Shown: positions 1 through 14,551, counted from the first letter of the stretch. The stretch is 64,000 nt of DNA from the human T2T-CHM13v2.0 reference genome, Homo sapiens (GCF_009914755.1 NC_060947.1); one strand, 5' to 3'. Notes: generated by a model not told the origin, from the letters alone. Numbers and translations: made by a program.

Positions 1-185
1 ACACTTGACTCGTGGTGTAGGCTGCAACCTGCCACTTCCTTCAAAGGGTCTGTGGATTCCTTCCATTTTCCTGTTCAGTTCCTGCATTGCTTCATGAAAA
101 ATAGTTCACAGTGTGAACCTCTGCACACTATTTTGTCCTTCCAAGAGGGAGAGATATGCTAGCAATGCCTCTAATCCACCATGTT
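1..185 (-). mobile_element. 5' tip (5'UTR) of an old primate L1 (L1PB/L1MA-type) continuing left of the window
   Basis: Ends in cctctaatccaccatgtt, the reverse complement of the L1 start motif aa(g/c)atgg(c/t)ggattagagg. An A-run follows, then a different L1 ORF2 segment. Confidence 0.7.
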
Positions 186-199
186 AAAAAAAAAAAAAA

Positions 200-2525
200 G
201 TATGGTCTTTTTAATTATATCGATTCTTCCAATCCATGACCATGAGATGTTTTTCCATGGGTGTCTTGTGATTCTTTATGTAGAGATCTTTCACCTCCCT
301 TGTTAAATGTATTTCTAGCTACTTTACTTATTTTGTAATCGATGTAAATGGGATTGCCTTATTGATTTCGTCCTCAGCTTCCTTGTTATTGGTGCTTAGA
401 AATGCTACTGATTTTTGTATTTTGATTTGTGTCCTGAGACCCTGAAGAATTCATTTAACAAATCTAGAGTCTTTTTGGGGAATCTTTAGGGTGTTTTGGT
501 ATAAAATCATATCATCAGTAAACAGAAAGAATTTGACTTCCACTTTTCCAACTTGGAACTCCTTTATTTCCTCATTTTGCCTGACCGATCTGGCTAAGAC
601 TTCCACCAGTATGTTGAATAGGAGTAGTGAAAGTGGACATCCTTATATTGTTCCAGTTTCTAATGAAAATGCCTTCAACATTTTCCTATTCAAGGTGATG
701 TCAACTGTTGATTTGTCATATACGTCCGTTATTATTTTGAGGTATGTTTCTTCAATGCCTAGATTGCTGAGAGTTTTTATCATGAAGAAATGTTGAAATT
801 TGTCAAATAATTTTTCTCCATCTATTGAGATAATCACATGGTTTGTGCCCTTGATATATATTTATGTACTGTATCACATTTATTGACTTGCATATGTTGA
901 AACATCCTTGTATCCCAGTAATAAAATTCACTTGGTCATGGTGTCTTATCTTTTTGATGTGCTGTTACATTTTATTTGCTAGTATTTTGCTGGTGATTTT
1001 TGCATCAGTGCTCATCAGGAATTATGGTATGCACTTCTCATTTATTTTGGTAGTGTTCTTATCTGGCTTTAGTATCAGGGTAGTACCGGCTTCACAGAAT
1101 GAGTTAGGAAGAATTCCATGCTTCTCTATTTTTGACATGTTACAGAATGATTGGTATCTGTTCTTTGTGCATTTGCTAGAATTGAGCTGTGAATCATTCT
1201 GATTCTGGGCATTTTTGTTGCTATTGTTGGGAGATTATTATTACTGGTTCAGTCTCACTACGCAATATTGGGCTGTTCAGGATTTCTTGTTCTCCTTGGT
1301 TCAATCTTGAGAGGTTCAATTTTTTTCCCCCAGGAATTTATACATTTCTTCTCTGTTTTCTAGTGAGAGGAGTTAACTAGCTTGCCTTAGGTAGACAGCA
1401 AGGGAAGGGTCCCTGGAGAGCCCCTGACCCACGGGTCAGTGCCTCATCCCCATATAACACAAAAAGCTGCCTGGGGGAAAAAAAAATAAGCTGCTGGCAC
1501 TGATAAGGGAACTAGCACAGGGGGTTGTGCCTGGAGACATGCCCGTGGCTGCATGGATAGGAGAACCTCCAGCCCATTCAGACAAAAACTTGCACAAACC
1601 CCTGGCTCACTCAGATAAGGGAACAAGGCCCAACATAGAAATGCCTTTGTCCTATGTATAATCAACAGGCTCCAAGGAAAAAGTTTCCTCTCCTTTTGTG
1701 GGCATGAACATGGTGTGCTTCGTTGGGTTCAAGTGGGCACTTTCCTTTCATTTTTGGACTGTGATCCCAGCCTCTATGAATCATCACTTCAGCCCCTGAT
1801 TGGTCCCGGGCCAAACTTTCACTTCAGCTCCTGATAGGTCCCAGGCCAAGCTGACTAGCCTCTATGAATCATCAACTCCTGATTGGTCCCGGGCCAAGGT
1901 CCTGGGCCAAGCTGAATCATGCTTTCTCCAAGACAGCCCACAGACTAAGCACATTTCTTTCCCCTTTCCAGTCCATAAAATCCCCAGACCCCAGCCTCAT
2001 AGTGGGCAACCCATTCGGGCTCCCCTCTCTGCTGCAGAGAGCTTTCTTCTTTCACTTATTAAACTTTCATTCCAACCTCACCCTTGTGTCCCCGCTTCTT
2101 AGTCACCTTGGACATGAGACAAAGAACTCCAGGTATTATCTCAGACAATGAGAGACTGTTACATCTTGGTGAACTGGCGAGACTACAACACCAGTTTATG
2201 AGTACATAGTTGTTCACAGTAGTCTTTGAGGATCTTTTGTATTTCTGTGGTATCAGTTGTAATGTCTCCTTTTTTATTTCTGATTTGGTTTATGTGGATC
2301 TTCTATTTTGGTTTGTCTAGCTAGTGGTTGGCACATTTGGTTCATCTTTTTGAAGATTTGACTTTTCGTTTTATTAATCTTTTGTATTGTTTTCTGATCT
2401 CTATTTCATTCAGTTGTGCTTTGATCTTTGTTATTTCTTTTCCTCTGTTAACTATGATTTGGGTTTGTCCTTGTTTTGTTTTAGTCACTTGATTTATAAT
2501 GCTATGTTTACTTGTGATCTTTCTA
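200..2525 (-). mobile_element. Old L1 ORF2 (RT-region) fragment, interrupted by a solo LTR
   Basis: ORF 643..837(-) [36 protein letters not shown] is L1 ORF2 RT. The sequence is collinear across the LTR at 1364-2190. Confidence 0.9.
1364..2190 (+). mobile_element. ERV1-class solo LTR (subfamily not assigned)
   Basis: TG...CA termini (tgagagg...ctacaaca), 4-bp flanks ctag (1360-1363) and ccag (2191-2194), ATTAAA poly(A) signal near 2058, internally repeated CCAAT-box unit (gattggtcccgggccaa). Confidence 0.85.
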
Positions 2526-2527
2526 CC

Positions 2528-4320
2528 TTTTTATTTTTTAAAATAAGTTCAGGGGGTCATGTGCAGGTTTGCTACATGGGTATATTGTATGATACTGAGA
2601 TTTGGGTTTTTATTGCTCCCGTCACCCAAGTAGTGACCATAATACCCACTAGGTAGTTTTTAAACCCTTGCTCGCTTCTCTCCTTTCCCCCATTTGGAGT
2701 CCCCAGTGTCTGTTGTTCCCATCTTTATGCCCATGTGTACCCAGTGTTTACATGCTCCTTATAAGTGGGAATATGTGGTATTTGGTTTTTTGTTTCTGCA
2801 TTAGTTCACTTAGGATAGTGGCCTCCAGCTGCAGGCATGTTGCAGCAAAGGACATGATTTTATTTTTTCAATGGCTGTGTAGTATTCCACAGTGTATATA
2901 CACCACATTTTCTTTATCCAATCTACCACTGATGAACACATAAGTTGATTTCATGTCTTCGCTATGTCAACACTATATGAGTAGTCTGGCAATAAACATA
3001 TGAGTGCATGTGTCTGTTTGGTAGAACGATTTATTTTCCTTTGAGTATGTATGCTGTAGTGGGATTGCTGGGTTGAAGGGTTGTTCCACTTTTAGCCCTT
3101 GGAGAAATATGAAAACTGCTTTCCACAGTGACTGAACTAATTCACATTCCCACCAACAGTGTATGAGCATTCCCTTTTCTTCATAGGCTCACCAACATCT
3201 GCTATTTTTTCACTTTTCAGTAATAGCCATTTTCACTGGTTTGAAAGGATGTCTCAGTATGGTTTTGATTTTCATTTCTCTGATGATTAGTGATGCTGAG
3301 CATTTTTTCATGTCTGTTGACTGCTTTTATGTCTTTTTTGAGAAGTGTCTGCTCATGTCTGCTGCCCACATTTTATGAGATCATGTGTTATTTTCTTACT
3401 GGTTTGATTAATTTCCTTATAGATTCTAGATATTAGTCCTTTGTGGGATCCATAGTCTTTTAATATTTTCTTGTATTCTGCAGGTTATTTTAAAAATCTA
3501 GTCATAGTTTGTTTTGCTCTGAATATGCTCTTTAGTTTAATTAGGTCCAAATTGTCATTTTTTGCTTTTGTTACCTTGGCTTTTTAGAACATAATTATAA
3601 ATTCTTGGCCTAAACCACTGCCCAGAGCAGTGTTTCCTAGGTTTTTTTTTTTTTTCATATATAATTTGATATCTTACATTTAGGTCTTTAATCCATCTTG
3701 AGTTAATTTCTATATATAGTGAGAGGTAGGCATCCAGTTTCTTTCTTCTGCATATGGTTAGCCAGTTTTTCCAGCATCATTCATGGAATAGTGTGTCTTT
3801 TCTCCGTTGTTAATTTTTGTTGACTTTTTCAAAGATCAGTTGGTTGTACATTTGCAGCTTCATTTTTGGGTTCTCTATTCTGTTCCATTTGTGTACGTGT
3901 CTGTTTTTGTACCGGTGTCATGCTACTTTGATTAGTGTAGCCTTGTAGTACAGTGTAAAGTTGGGCAGTGTGATGCCTCTGGCTTTGTTTTGTTTTGTTT
4001 TGTTGCTTAGCCTCACCTTATGTAATCATGCTCATTTTTTGTTCCATATAAATTTTAGAATAGTTCTTGTCTAATTCTGTAAAAAATGACCTTGGTAACT
4101 TTGATAATAATAGCATCGACTCTGTAGGTTGCATTGGGCAAAATGGACATTTTAGCAATATTGATTCTTCCGATCCATGTGCATTTAAGGTTTTTCCATT
4201 TGTTTTTGCTGTCTCTGGTTTCTTTCAACAGTGTTTTTTTAGTTCTCCTTGCAGAGATTTTTCACCTCCTTGGTTAGGTGTATTCCTAGGTATTTTATTT
4301 TTTTCTGACTAATGCAAATG
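2528..4320 (-). mobile_element. 5'-truncated L1PA15/16-like element
   Basis: T-rich tail, then ttcagggggtcatgtgcaggtttgctacatgggtatattg...gtcacccaagtagtgaccataatacccactaggtag, typical of the L1PA15/16 3' end. ORF 2973..3170(-) is the ORF2 C-terminus (HCWWECELVQSLWK). Confidence 0.85.
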
Positions 4321-7300
4321 GTATGTTGTGTCTCCATTTTCATTTATTTCAAATAATTTTTAGATTTTTGTTTACTTTCCTTATTTACCCCAAAGTCTTT
4401 CAGAAGCAAGTTGTTTAGTTTCCAAGTATTTGCATGGTTTTGAGTTCCTCTTGGAATTGATTTCTATTTTTATTTCACTGTGGTTAATAAGATGCTTGGT
4501 ATGATTTCAATTTTTCTTGATTCACTGAGACTTGCCTTATGGCCAAGCATGTGGTGAAGGCATGAGTACCCTTCTTGTGCAGATGAGAAAAACGTGTATT
4601 CTATTATTGTAGAGTGGAGTATTCTATAGATGTTTTAGGTCTAGTTGGTCAAATGTCAAATTTAAGTTTAGAAATACTGTTGGCTTCTTTTCTGCCCTGA
4701 CGTATCTATTGCTGTCAGTGGGGTTATCATTGTTTGGTTGTCTACATCATTTCATAGGTCTATTCGTAATTGTTCTATAAATCTGTGTACTCCAATATTG
4801 AATACGTATATATTTAAGTTAGTTATTTATTCTTGTAGTATTAAACAAACCCGTTATTATTAAGTAATGATTTTCTTTGTCCTTTTTAATGTTGCTGGCC
4901 TAAATTCTGTTCTATCTGACACAAGAATAGTGACCCCTGCTCTTTCTTGTTTTTCATTTGCAGGTAAATCTTACTCCATCTCTTTCCTTTGAGCCTGTAG
5001 GTGTCGTTACATGAGAGATGGGTCCCTTGAAGGAAGCAGATGGTTGGGTGTTCTTTTTTAAATTATATTTGTCAATCTATGTATTTTATGTAGAGCATTA
5101 AGTTCATTTACATTTAAGGTTAATATTGACATTCGAGGTTCTGTTCCTGTCATAGTAGTATTCACTTTGTATTCTCAATTGTGTAATTGCTTTATGAGAT
5201 CTGTGAATTTGTACTTATGTGTTGTTGTCTGGTAGCAAGTAATGTCCTTTCCATGTTTAGAACTCCTCGGAGCATTTTTGTAATCCCAGTCTGGTGCTGA
5301 ATAATGTTCTTAGCATTTGCCTGTCTAGGATAGACTTTATTTCTCCTTCATTTATGAAGCTTAGTTTGTCAAGTTATAAAATTATTGGCTGGCTTTTTTT
5401 TTTTCCTTTAAGAAGGCTAGAATTGGGCTCCCTATCTCTTCTTACTTGTAAGGTTTCTCTGAGAAGTCTACTATTTATCCGATGGAATTCCCTTTACAGG
5501 TAATTTGACCCTTTTTCTCTAGCTGCTTTAAGATTTTTTCTTCCACATTGACCTTGTAAAGTCTGATGACTATATGCCTTGGTGATAGTCATCTTGGCAT
5601 TGTATCTTGCAGGTGTTCTTTCAGTTCCTTCTATCTGGATGTCAACCTGTTTAACAAGATTAGAGAAAATTTCCTAAATTATTCCCTCAGCTGTGTTTTC
5701 CAAGTTACTTACTTTTTCTCCTTTGCTCTCAGTAATGCCAATAAGTCATAGGTTTGGTCGTTTTACATAGTTTCATATTTGAAACTTGAAGACTTTGTTC
5801 ATTGTTTTAAACATGTTTTCTTTATTTTTTTATCTGACTGAGTTAATTCAAAAGGGCGTTTTTCAAAGTCAAATAATTTTTTTCTGCTGTGTGTAGTCTA
5901 TTATTAAAGCTTCCAAATGTATTCTGAATATATTTTGAAATTTCTATAGTGAGATGTTTAATTCTAGGATTTCCATTTTATTTTTAAAAATATAACTATT
6001 TTGTCTTTCTTACCTTGTGTTGTTTTTCTGATTTCTTTGTGTTGGATTTAAATTTTCTATTGGATCTTGTTGAGTTTTCTTGCAGTCTATATTTTAAATA
6101 CTTTATCTGTCATTTCAGACTTTTCATTTTGGTTAGGATTCATTATTAGACAACTAGCGTGACCTTTGGAACTTGTCAAGACACGGTCTTTTGGTACTGC
6201 CAGCATTCTTGTTCCAATTTCTTCTCTTCTGAGGGAACTGCCACTTCTTGTTTTTGAATTTGCTATTATTTAGATGGTAATTTTGTTTTTTTTTCTTAAT
6301 TCTTTTTTCCCTCGAGTGTATGACTGGTGTATGTTGTGTATAATAGTTTGGCTTTATTCTGAGCGCTTTCAGGGGGCCAACGGTCTGTGTGTGTTTCTTG
6401 GTTATGTATAGCTTCTGCAGGATGGTTTTCTTAGATGTCACTTCTTATCGTGATAGATCAGACATATGGGCCAACACATTATCTCTTGCAGGGCTGAGAG
6501 TGCAGAGGTCCCAGGAAGCCTCGTGCACTAGCACTAAGCCCTTCTGACAGCAAGCTTTTAATTTGGTGGTGCAGTTTAGGCTCTAGTCCGCTAGGTGGCA
6601 CTTAAAAGTAAAAGCTAACTCACCCTCAGGTAGGCTGATGATGACTGGAAGCTTCTGTCCTGATAGTGTGGTGGTGGGGGGAGATCATGTGGGGGTGTAC
6701 AGAAGTCTTAGGGGAAGGGATGTGCACCAGCTTCTCATCAATAGAAGGAAGGAATGCTATCTGCTTTCCTATCACACCCCGGTCACAGGGCTCATGACCT
6801 TCAACTTGTATAAACTTTGTCCTTTGATTCTTGGCCTCAGTGTGGCTGTGGACTGAAGGACATGCTTCTGTGGCAGCTGCCACCAAAATGGGCTCAGGGC
6901 AGAGCCTCTCTCACCAGTCCTGAGCAGGCAGCTCTGCAGCTTGTCTGGCCTCTGTTGCTGGGAAGCTGTAGTTCTGTGTAGTGAGGGGCAGTTGGGCCCC
7001 ACCTTCTTGCAAGTGCAAGCAGCAGAGGCTCCCTTCCAACAAGAATGAAGCTGCTATTAAAAGTATGAGAAGTGCTTTCTCCTGGTGCATACATGCTGGC
7101 CCCTAGTGGGGAGAACCTGTGCTGCACCCACAACAGTAGACAGGGAATTGGAAGATGACCTTCTCTCTATGACGGTTCCTGGCAGCTGGTGATGCCCCTT
7201 CAGTAATTGACACCATGCCCATACTTCCTTTGTCCCAAGGTGGGCTATGATGGACCCTGTCCCCCTTCTCTCAGGGGCTGCTCACTCCACAGGATAGATT

Positions 7301-7857
7301 GTCAGGGGTCACACAGCTTCCTGGGGACTGGCCAGCCAGAGAAGGTTGTGGGGTGTGTTTGTGGGAAATCTGGTGGTGTGGTGAATCAAGAGCAGAGATT
7401 TCCCAGGAAGGGAAGTGGCCTACCATGGGTGCACAACCAATATGGTGCCCTTCATCTCGTTTAAGGCCTGAAGGAAGAGCAAGCACACCTGTGCCAGCTG
7501 GCCATCCAGTTTTCTGTCCCTGGGAAGTTCTCAAGTCACCCAAAACAGAATTGTCCTTGGTCACAAGGGCAGAGGGGCTTCCCAACAGTTTGGCATTCAG
7601 CAGGTTGCTGAAGGGGTGATGAGATTAGACAAGCACTCCCACCCGTTCTTTCCGTGGGGCTCCAAGTTCCTCAAGGGTCATTCCCTGCCAAACTCTTGCT
7701 GCTCTATTTTTCTGTATTCCAGCTTCTGCCCATGTGCGCTCCAACAGGTCCTGGCTCTCTTCCATCAGTTTTTCATACAGATCATGTCCATTTTCCAGCA
7801 CCTGTAGTCTTCTTACTGGGGAAAACTGGCATTCAATGTTCCCAGTCAGCCATCTTG
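4321..7857 (-). mobile_element. L1 (L1PB-like) 5' half: ORF2 endonuclease region, ORF1, 5'UTR
   Basis: Degenerate EN and ORF1 sequence, GC-richer 5'UTR at ~6400-7857, ending in cagtcagccatcttg (reverse complement caagatggctgactg, the L1 start/YY1 motif). Confidence 0.85.
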
Positions 7858-7869
7858 AAAATCCACCCT

Positions 7870-9916
7870 CCCCTGTTATTACACTGATTTATTCACATCT
7901 GAATAAACAGTTACATCTTATTTTTTAATTTACTTTTGTTGTGGTAGGACCTGTTTTTTGTTGTTGTTGTGGTTGTTGTTGTTGTTTTCTTTTGAGGATG
8001 CGACTATGATGTATGCTGAACAAGTCTGTTTGGCTTTGTTTCTGTGTGCATTCAGTGGCAAAGACACTATGTTTTCCATGGTTATAAATAGTTTTAGTGT
8101 GGAGTTTTCTCAAATGCCAGTTGTAATAGTGGTGTACCAGGATGGTGAGCAGGCTCATGCCCTCTTGGGTAGCTTGGATTGCATGAGCAATCATGGTAGC
8201 AGAGGTTGCGAGAAGCTCGTCTTGTTCCTAAGTGCTGTGCGCAGGTGTCAGCTGATGTGGTGATGGGATGTGCAAGTTGACCTTCAGACCAGCAGGTGTC
8301 ACTTGCAGGTAAAAGCCAACTTCAGTGGAGGTGGTATGCTTTATGCTTGACCTTTGTAAGCCCTGAGAAGTGCACCCATGTCCCAGTTGGTCAGTTGGGC
8401 CCTGGAGCAAACAAGAGCCTGGGTTTCACCCGCTGTCATGGAGGGGATTGGCAAAGCTGAGTGATGCCAGAATGAGAAAGCCTGCACTAAGTCTTTCCAA
8501 TGACAGGCACAAGCAACAGCTTTGACAGGGGTGGCAAGGGAGTCTTCGGCCTCCTGGTAAAATGCTTGAGCAATGAGCAATCACTGAGGTGTCTGTATGG
8601 GGAGGTAGGAGAGGTGCCAGTGCCATAGTCATGGCAGGAAGGAAAGGGATCAGCCTTCCCCTCACGCCCGTCTTAGAATTTGGGGTACTCATATAGGTTA
8701 GGAACTACAGTTTGCTTTTAAGCACCAATGTAGCCCGCGAACACAGGAGAAATCAGCCCAGCCGCTCCACACTAAACCCCTGTGGTGGCTGGAAGTGGAT
8801 GTAGTGTGAAGTCTCCCTCCATGGCTCCAAACACAGCTCTTGGGCTCTCCTGCTCTCTGTAGCAGCAGTACTGCATCTCTGCACAGAGAGAGGGCGGGAA
8901 CCCACTGTTTACACAAGCCTGGCCATTGGGGTCACAGTTGCCCCTCACAGCCCCAGATGGAATGCCATACAGTACATCTGCCCCAGCCTCCTGGGACAGC
9001 AGCAGTGCTTGTGGTTTCAACAGTGTGCATGGGGAAGAAGGGTCTCCTCTAGGCCTGGTTATGACACTAAGGCTGCTCATCTGATGAAAGGGGATTTCAC
9101 TGTTTGCTTGGAGAGCCAAGCACAAATTTTGTGCCACTGCTAAAAATGAAGTCACTTTTCACAGCCCCAGTCAGGAAGCTTTTGGGCCCTGGAAAGCATG
9201 CACTTTGGTTTCCTTTCTCTCAGGGGTTGCCTTTTTGGTGTACTGCACTCTTATTTCTCCTAGGAGTAGCATTCCCTGAAGGTTAGGTTACTGGGGACCC
9301 TGCAGCTCCTTTGGGTCCAGCCAGCACTCTGCCACTGCAGCCCTTTGAGCAGGACTGGAGAATGTGAGCAGGAGCTCCTGGGTTTTGGATACACAAGGAC
9401 TGTGGTTCCCAGAAGAGGATACAGTTCCCTTACGGATGCACCTTCAACAGTAGCACAGCATAGCACCTGCTTGGGTCTGGGGAAATGGTAAATAATAACC
9501 CAGTGTGAATCCACAGTCCAGTGCACTGCCCTCAGGGGTCTCCAAATTGCGGTCCATGCTATTTTCAGGATTTGGGAGGACAGAGGAGCTTTCCCACTGT
9601 AAGGATCTTGGCAGTTCACAGCAAGAATGAGGACTATCAAAATACTTCAACTTACCCTTTCCCTGAACACTGAGTTCCTCTGGACTCCTAACCAATGTCA
9701 GCTGCATTGGCCTCTAGCTTTCTTTTCTTTTCTTTTCTTTCCTTTTCTTTCTTTTTTTTTTTCTTCTGTGGCTTAGGGTTTTGTTTTTCATAAATTATAT
9801 TTTGAATTCTAGTATTCTCTCTTTGATATTCTATTAGAGGTATGATTATCTATTCATAATTTAGGTTCTTCTTTCTAGGGAGAACTTGCATCTGTCATCT
9901 CTAGTCAGCCATCTTA
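7870..9916 (-). mobile_element. Second old L1 5'UTR/ORF1-start segment
   Basis: 7885-8070 resembles 12630-12790 (acatctg...aacagt...ttttttaatttacttttg...ggctttg). Ends in ctagtcagccatctt at 9901-9915. Confidence 0.75.
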
Positions 9917-10156
9917 AACTTCCTTGTTTCCATCTTAATGTTTTTATCTACCCAACAGTCATTTAGGAGCATCTTGTTTAATTTTCACGTATTTGTATAG
10001 TCTCCAGGGTTTCTCTGGGTATTGATTTCTAGTTTTGTTTCATGGTTACCTTAAAATACACTTGCTATGATTTAAAACATTGTTCATACTCTTTTGGTGG
10101 CCTCACATGTGGTCTATCATAAAGAATGTTCTGTGTGCTGATAAAAAGAATGTATG

Positions 10157-10488
10157 GGCCGGGCACGGTCGCTCATGCCTGTAATCCCAGCGCTTTGGGA
10201 GGCCGAGCCAGGTGGATCACCCGAGGTCAGGAGTCTGAGACCAGCCTCGCCAACATGGTGAAACTCCGTCTCTACTAAAAATACAAGAATTAGCCGGGCG
10301 TGGTGGTGGGTGCTTGTAATCTCAGCTACGTGGGAGGCTGAGGCAAGAGAATCGCTTGGACCTGAAGGCAGAGATTGCAGTGAGCCAAGATCACGCCATT
10401 GTACTCCAGCCTGGGGGACAAGAGCGAAAACTTGGTAAAAAAAAGAAAAAAAAAAAAAGAAAAAAGAAAAAGGAAAAAAAAAAAAAAC
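10157..10488 (+). mobile_element. AluSq-like SINE
   Basis: Full dimer starting ggccgggc, acaagagcgaaa diagnostic, A tail, TSD agaatgtatg (10147-10156 and 10489-10498). Confidence 0.95.
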
Positions 10489-11967
10489 AGAATGTATGCT
10501 CTGCAGTTGTTGGATAGAATGTTGTGTAAATGTCTTTCAGGTCTACTTGGTCTAACATTCCCTTTAAATCTAATGTTTCTTTTTTGATTTTCTGTCTAGA
10601 TGATCCGTCTAATGCCGAGAATGGGGTGTCAAAGTCCCCTGCTGTTATTATAATTTAGTCATCTCTCTCCTTGGGTCTAGTAATAATTGCTTTATAAATC
10701 TGGGTGCTACAGTGTTGGGTACATGTATATTTAGAATTTTTGTATACTCTTGCTGGATTGATTTCTTTATTATTATATAATGACCATCTGTTTCTTATTG
10801 TTCTTGACTTAAAGTGTGTTTTATCTGATATGAGTATAGCCACTACTGCTTACTTTTGGTTTTCTTTTATGTGGAATCTTTTTTCCATTTCTTTACTTTC
10901 ATCCTAGATGTGTCTTTACTGGTAAGGTAAGTTTCTCGTAACCAACATGTAGTTAGATTATGTTTGTTTTTATCCATTTATCCAAGCTATATCTTTTAAG
11001 AAAATAATTTAAGCCATTTGCGTTCAAGGTTATTATTGATATGTTAGTCTTTATTTCTGTTATATTATTCATTGCTTTCTGGTTGTCTTATCTATTATTT
11101 GTTTCTTTTTTCTCTTATAGTTTGTCATTGTGAATTGGTGAAGTTTGGCAGTGGTATGATTTGGGCCTTTTCTCTTTTGTGTGATAGTTTTACCAATGAG
11201 TTTTGTACTTTCCTGTGTTTTTATAATGGTAAATGTTGTGCTTTCACCTCCAGGCTTAGGACTCCCTTGAGCACTTTTTTCTAGGGCTGGTCTAATGGTA
11301 CTTAATTCCCTCAGCATTTCTTTGTGTGGGAGTGACTTTATCCTTCATCTGTGAAGGATAATTTTCTTGGGTGTCATATTCTTTAGTGGGAGATTATTTT
11401 TTATTTCAGCACTTTGGATATATTATCCTATTCTGTCTTGGTCTATGAGGTTTCTGCTTAGAAATTTTCTGCTTATTTTTCTTCTCTTTATTTTTTTGAA
11501 ATTTTCTTTATAGAGGACTAGATGCTTTTCCCTTGCTTTTTCATGTTTCCTGTGTCCTTCCATTGATGTCTGTACATCTCTATATTTTCTTCAATGAGTC
11601 ATTCTCTTGCTTTATAGGAGACTAGAATTTCCTCTTTAACTATGACTTGAGACAGTCTGATTATAATGGGCTGTGTATAGTTTTGCATTGTATCCACCTA
11701 AGGATCATTAAGACTCCTGTATCTGAATCTCTAATCTCTTGCTAGACTTGAAAAGTTTTCATCTATTGTTTTGTTAGTAGATTTTCTAATCCTTTCTTTG
11801 ATTTTTACCTTCAGGGATACCAATACTTTATAAACTCGGTCACTGTATGTTTTCCTAAATGTCACCAAGGGTTTGACCATTCATTTTAATTCTTTTTAAA
11901 ATGTTTGCCTGACTGGAATATTTTATAATACCTGTCTTCAAGTTGTGTGATTCTTCTTTCTACTTGA

Positions 11968-12317
<350 letters not shown>

Positions 12318-14537
12318 TCTTGAAGCTTTTAAATGTATTTTGTCTTTTCTTCAATGAGTTATTCAGTTTCAGAATTTTTATTAGGGTCTTAAAAAATACC
12401 TTTCTCTTTATAAGTTTCTCATTCATATACTAAATTGGTTTTTTTGATTTCTTCATATTATTTTCAGAATTCTCTTGACTCTCACCGAACTTCTTCAAAA
12501 TTAATATTTTGACTTCTTGACTTTGGGGTTCAAAAAATTCTTTTTTAATCAAAATCCTTCCCTGGAGCATTATTGTGTTTATTAAATATGCCATGTTTTC
12601 TTGCTTTTTCATGTTTTCTGTGGCCTTCCATTGACATCTGTACATCTGGTGTAACAGTCACTCCTTTCTATTTTTTTAATTTACTTTTGATGAGGAGGAA
12701 TTTTTGAAGATGCATCTATGGTTTTTGGCTGGATTGGCTACTTTGGCTTTGCTCCTGGGGGCATACAGTAGTGTAGTCTCTTTATGATCAATTTGGCCGT
12801 AAACAGCATTAGTGGTATCTGTGATTTCCTCAGTGGGTTAGGGCACGTTTGTTTATGGAGGCTGTGATGGTATTGTGCTGGGGACTTGAATGCCAGTTGG
12901 GCCAGTCTTCCGGCCCCAGTGTAGACAGTGGTGGGCTTAGCATGCCTATCTTGTGCCCCAGGGTGGTGCACACTGGCACCTGTGCTGGCAGTTACTAATG
13001 GGTTGATTTTTGGAGCTCCAGATGGCTTGCTAGGATTCCTGTCGTGGCAGTGGTGGACGAGATTGTTGGGTGAGTTCTCCGTCCTATGGGCAACTGGTGT
13101 TGCATGGGGAATGGGAGTAGCAATGGCAGGAAGATTCTCTGGGTCTCACGTGGTGTGCATTGATGTTGGCACTGGCTGCAATGTTCTGGGTGGGCAAGTC
13201 TCCAGGCCCGCGGGTGGTTCTTACAGATAGTTTCCAGGTGAGGTGGTAGCAGCGTGAAGTTTACGCCCAATCTCAGGACCCTTGGAGGAATGCTCACGTG
13301 CCCAAGGTGGTGGTTTGGCTTGTGCAATACTCAGGTCTCTAGATTATGTGATCTGTCTTGGAATGGGGAGCAAACTCGGCTGGACAGTCTTGTGCTCAGG
13401 CCCCCTATTTTGAGAGTACTCACCAGCCACGGTGGGCAGGGGGTAAGGGTATTTCTCATGCCCCAGGGAGAGTCATTGGGTGAGGGTGGTGGCCTCTGTG
13501 TTGGGGATAATGCCCAGAGATGATGGGCTACCCTCGGTAGTCACAGCCTGGGCCATGGTGTGGAGAATGCATGTTCTCCCCTTCACAGCTCAGTCCCAGT
13601 GAGACTCAACTTCTTGCCCAGACTGCAGGAGCCCACACTCAGCTCATGATCAAGTCCCAGTGGCAACTCATGCCCTCTTCATGACTTCATTTTAGGTCCT
13701 GGCAGTGCAATACTCATTTTATGGCACTGGCTGCTACCATCCAGGCCTCATGCACTTCTTAGCCCCAGCTAAAGGGGTAGTGCTAGCTCCCTGCCCAGTC
13801 CCAGCTGTGGCAGCCTGAGTTTCCGGAACGTCTAGTCCTGGTGCCTCTGGGTCTCAGAAAAGCATGCAGTTTGCTGGAGGCTAGTTTTGAAAATGGCACC
13901 TTTCTATCAACTTAGATCTCAGAAAGGGTGTCAGCATGAACTCCCTCCCTGGAGCAGTTCTGTCCCCACAGTCTCCTGGCAACTTTCTCTGTTAGTTTCC
14001 AGGTTCGAGAAGGTTAAGCATTTTTCAAGTGGCCAGGATTGCACACTTCTATGGTGGGGTCATGGGACACTGGCAGTCTCTTACTCATCCCTCCCCTGCA
14101 CTGGGGAGTCAGTACTGGCTCTTGGCCAATCCTGGCCAGGGAGGCTGCCTCTCCTCCTTCTCCTTTCCTGTTTTTAGTGCCCCCTGTCACTTCTATGTTG
14201 AATTCCAGCATTTTCTCTAGGAAGTGTTACTGTCTATGCACTACTCTGGTTCATCCAAGTGAAAGAGGTAGGCATAAAATATTTCTAGTCAGTCATCTTG
14301 AAACCCCCTTTTGTTTCAAAAAATTTAGATCAATTTTCTTGGCTAATGCCATATAAACAATAATCTTATCTATGAGCTAGCCTAAGACTCTTTATACTTT
14401 GTCTTGAGTTTCTCATTTTTACTCTCATAATAAAATGTTTTCTGCGTTGTTTAGAGAAACGTATGCACTATTCACTAAATTTCTCCCCTGTTGTCATTTC
14501 AAATGTTCCATAATATTATGTCAAAGCAACATAGGGC

Positions 14538-14551
14538 TACTTGTATTAAGC

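Noticed and set aside
6600-9700. Cluster of 60-127-aa ORFs in GC-richer DNA
   Set aside because: They lie in old L1 5'UTRs where stops are rarer. No domain similarity or exon structure.
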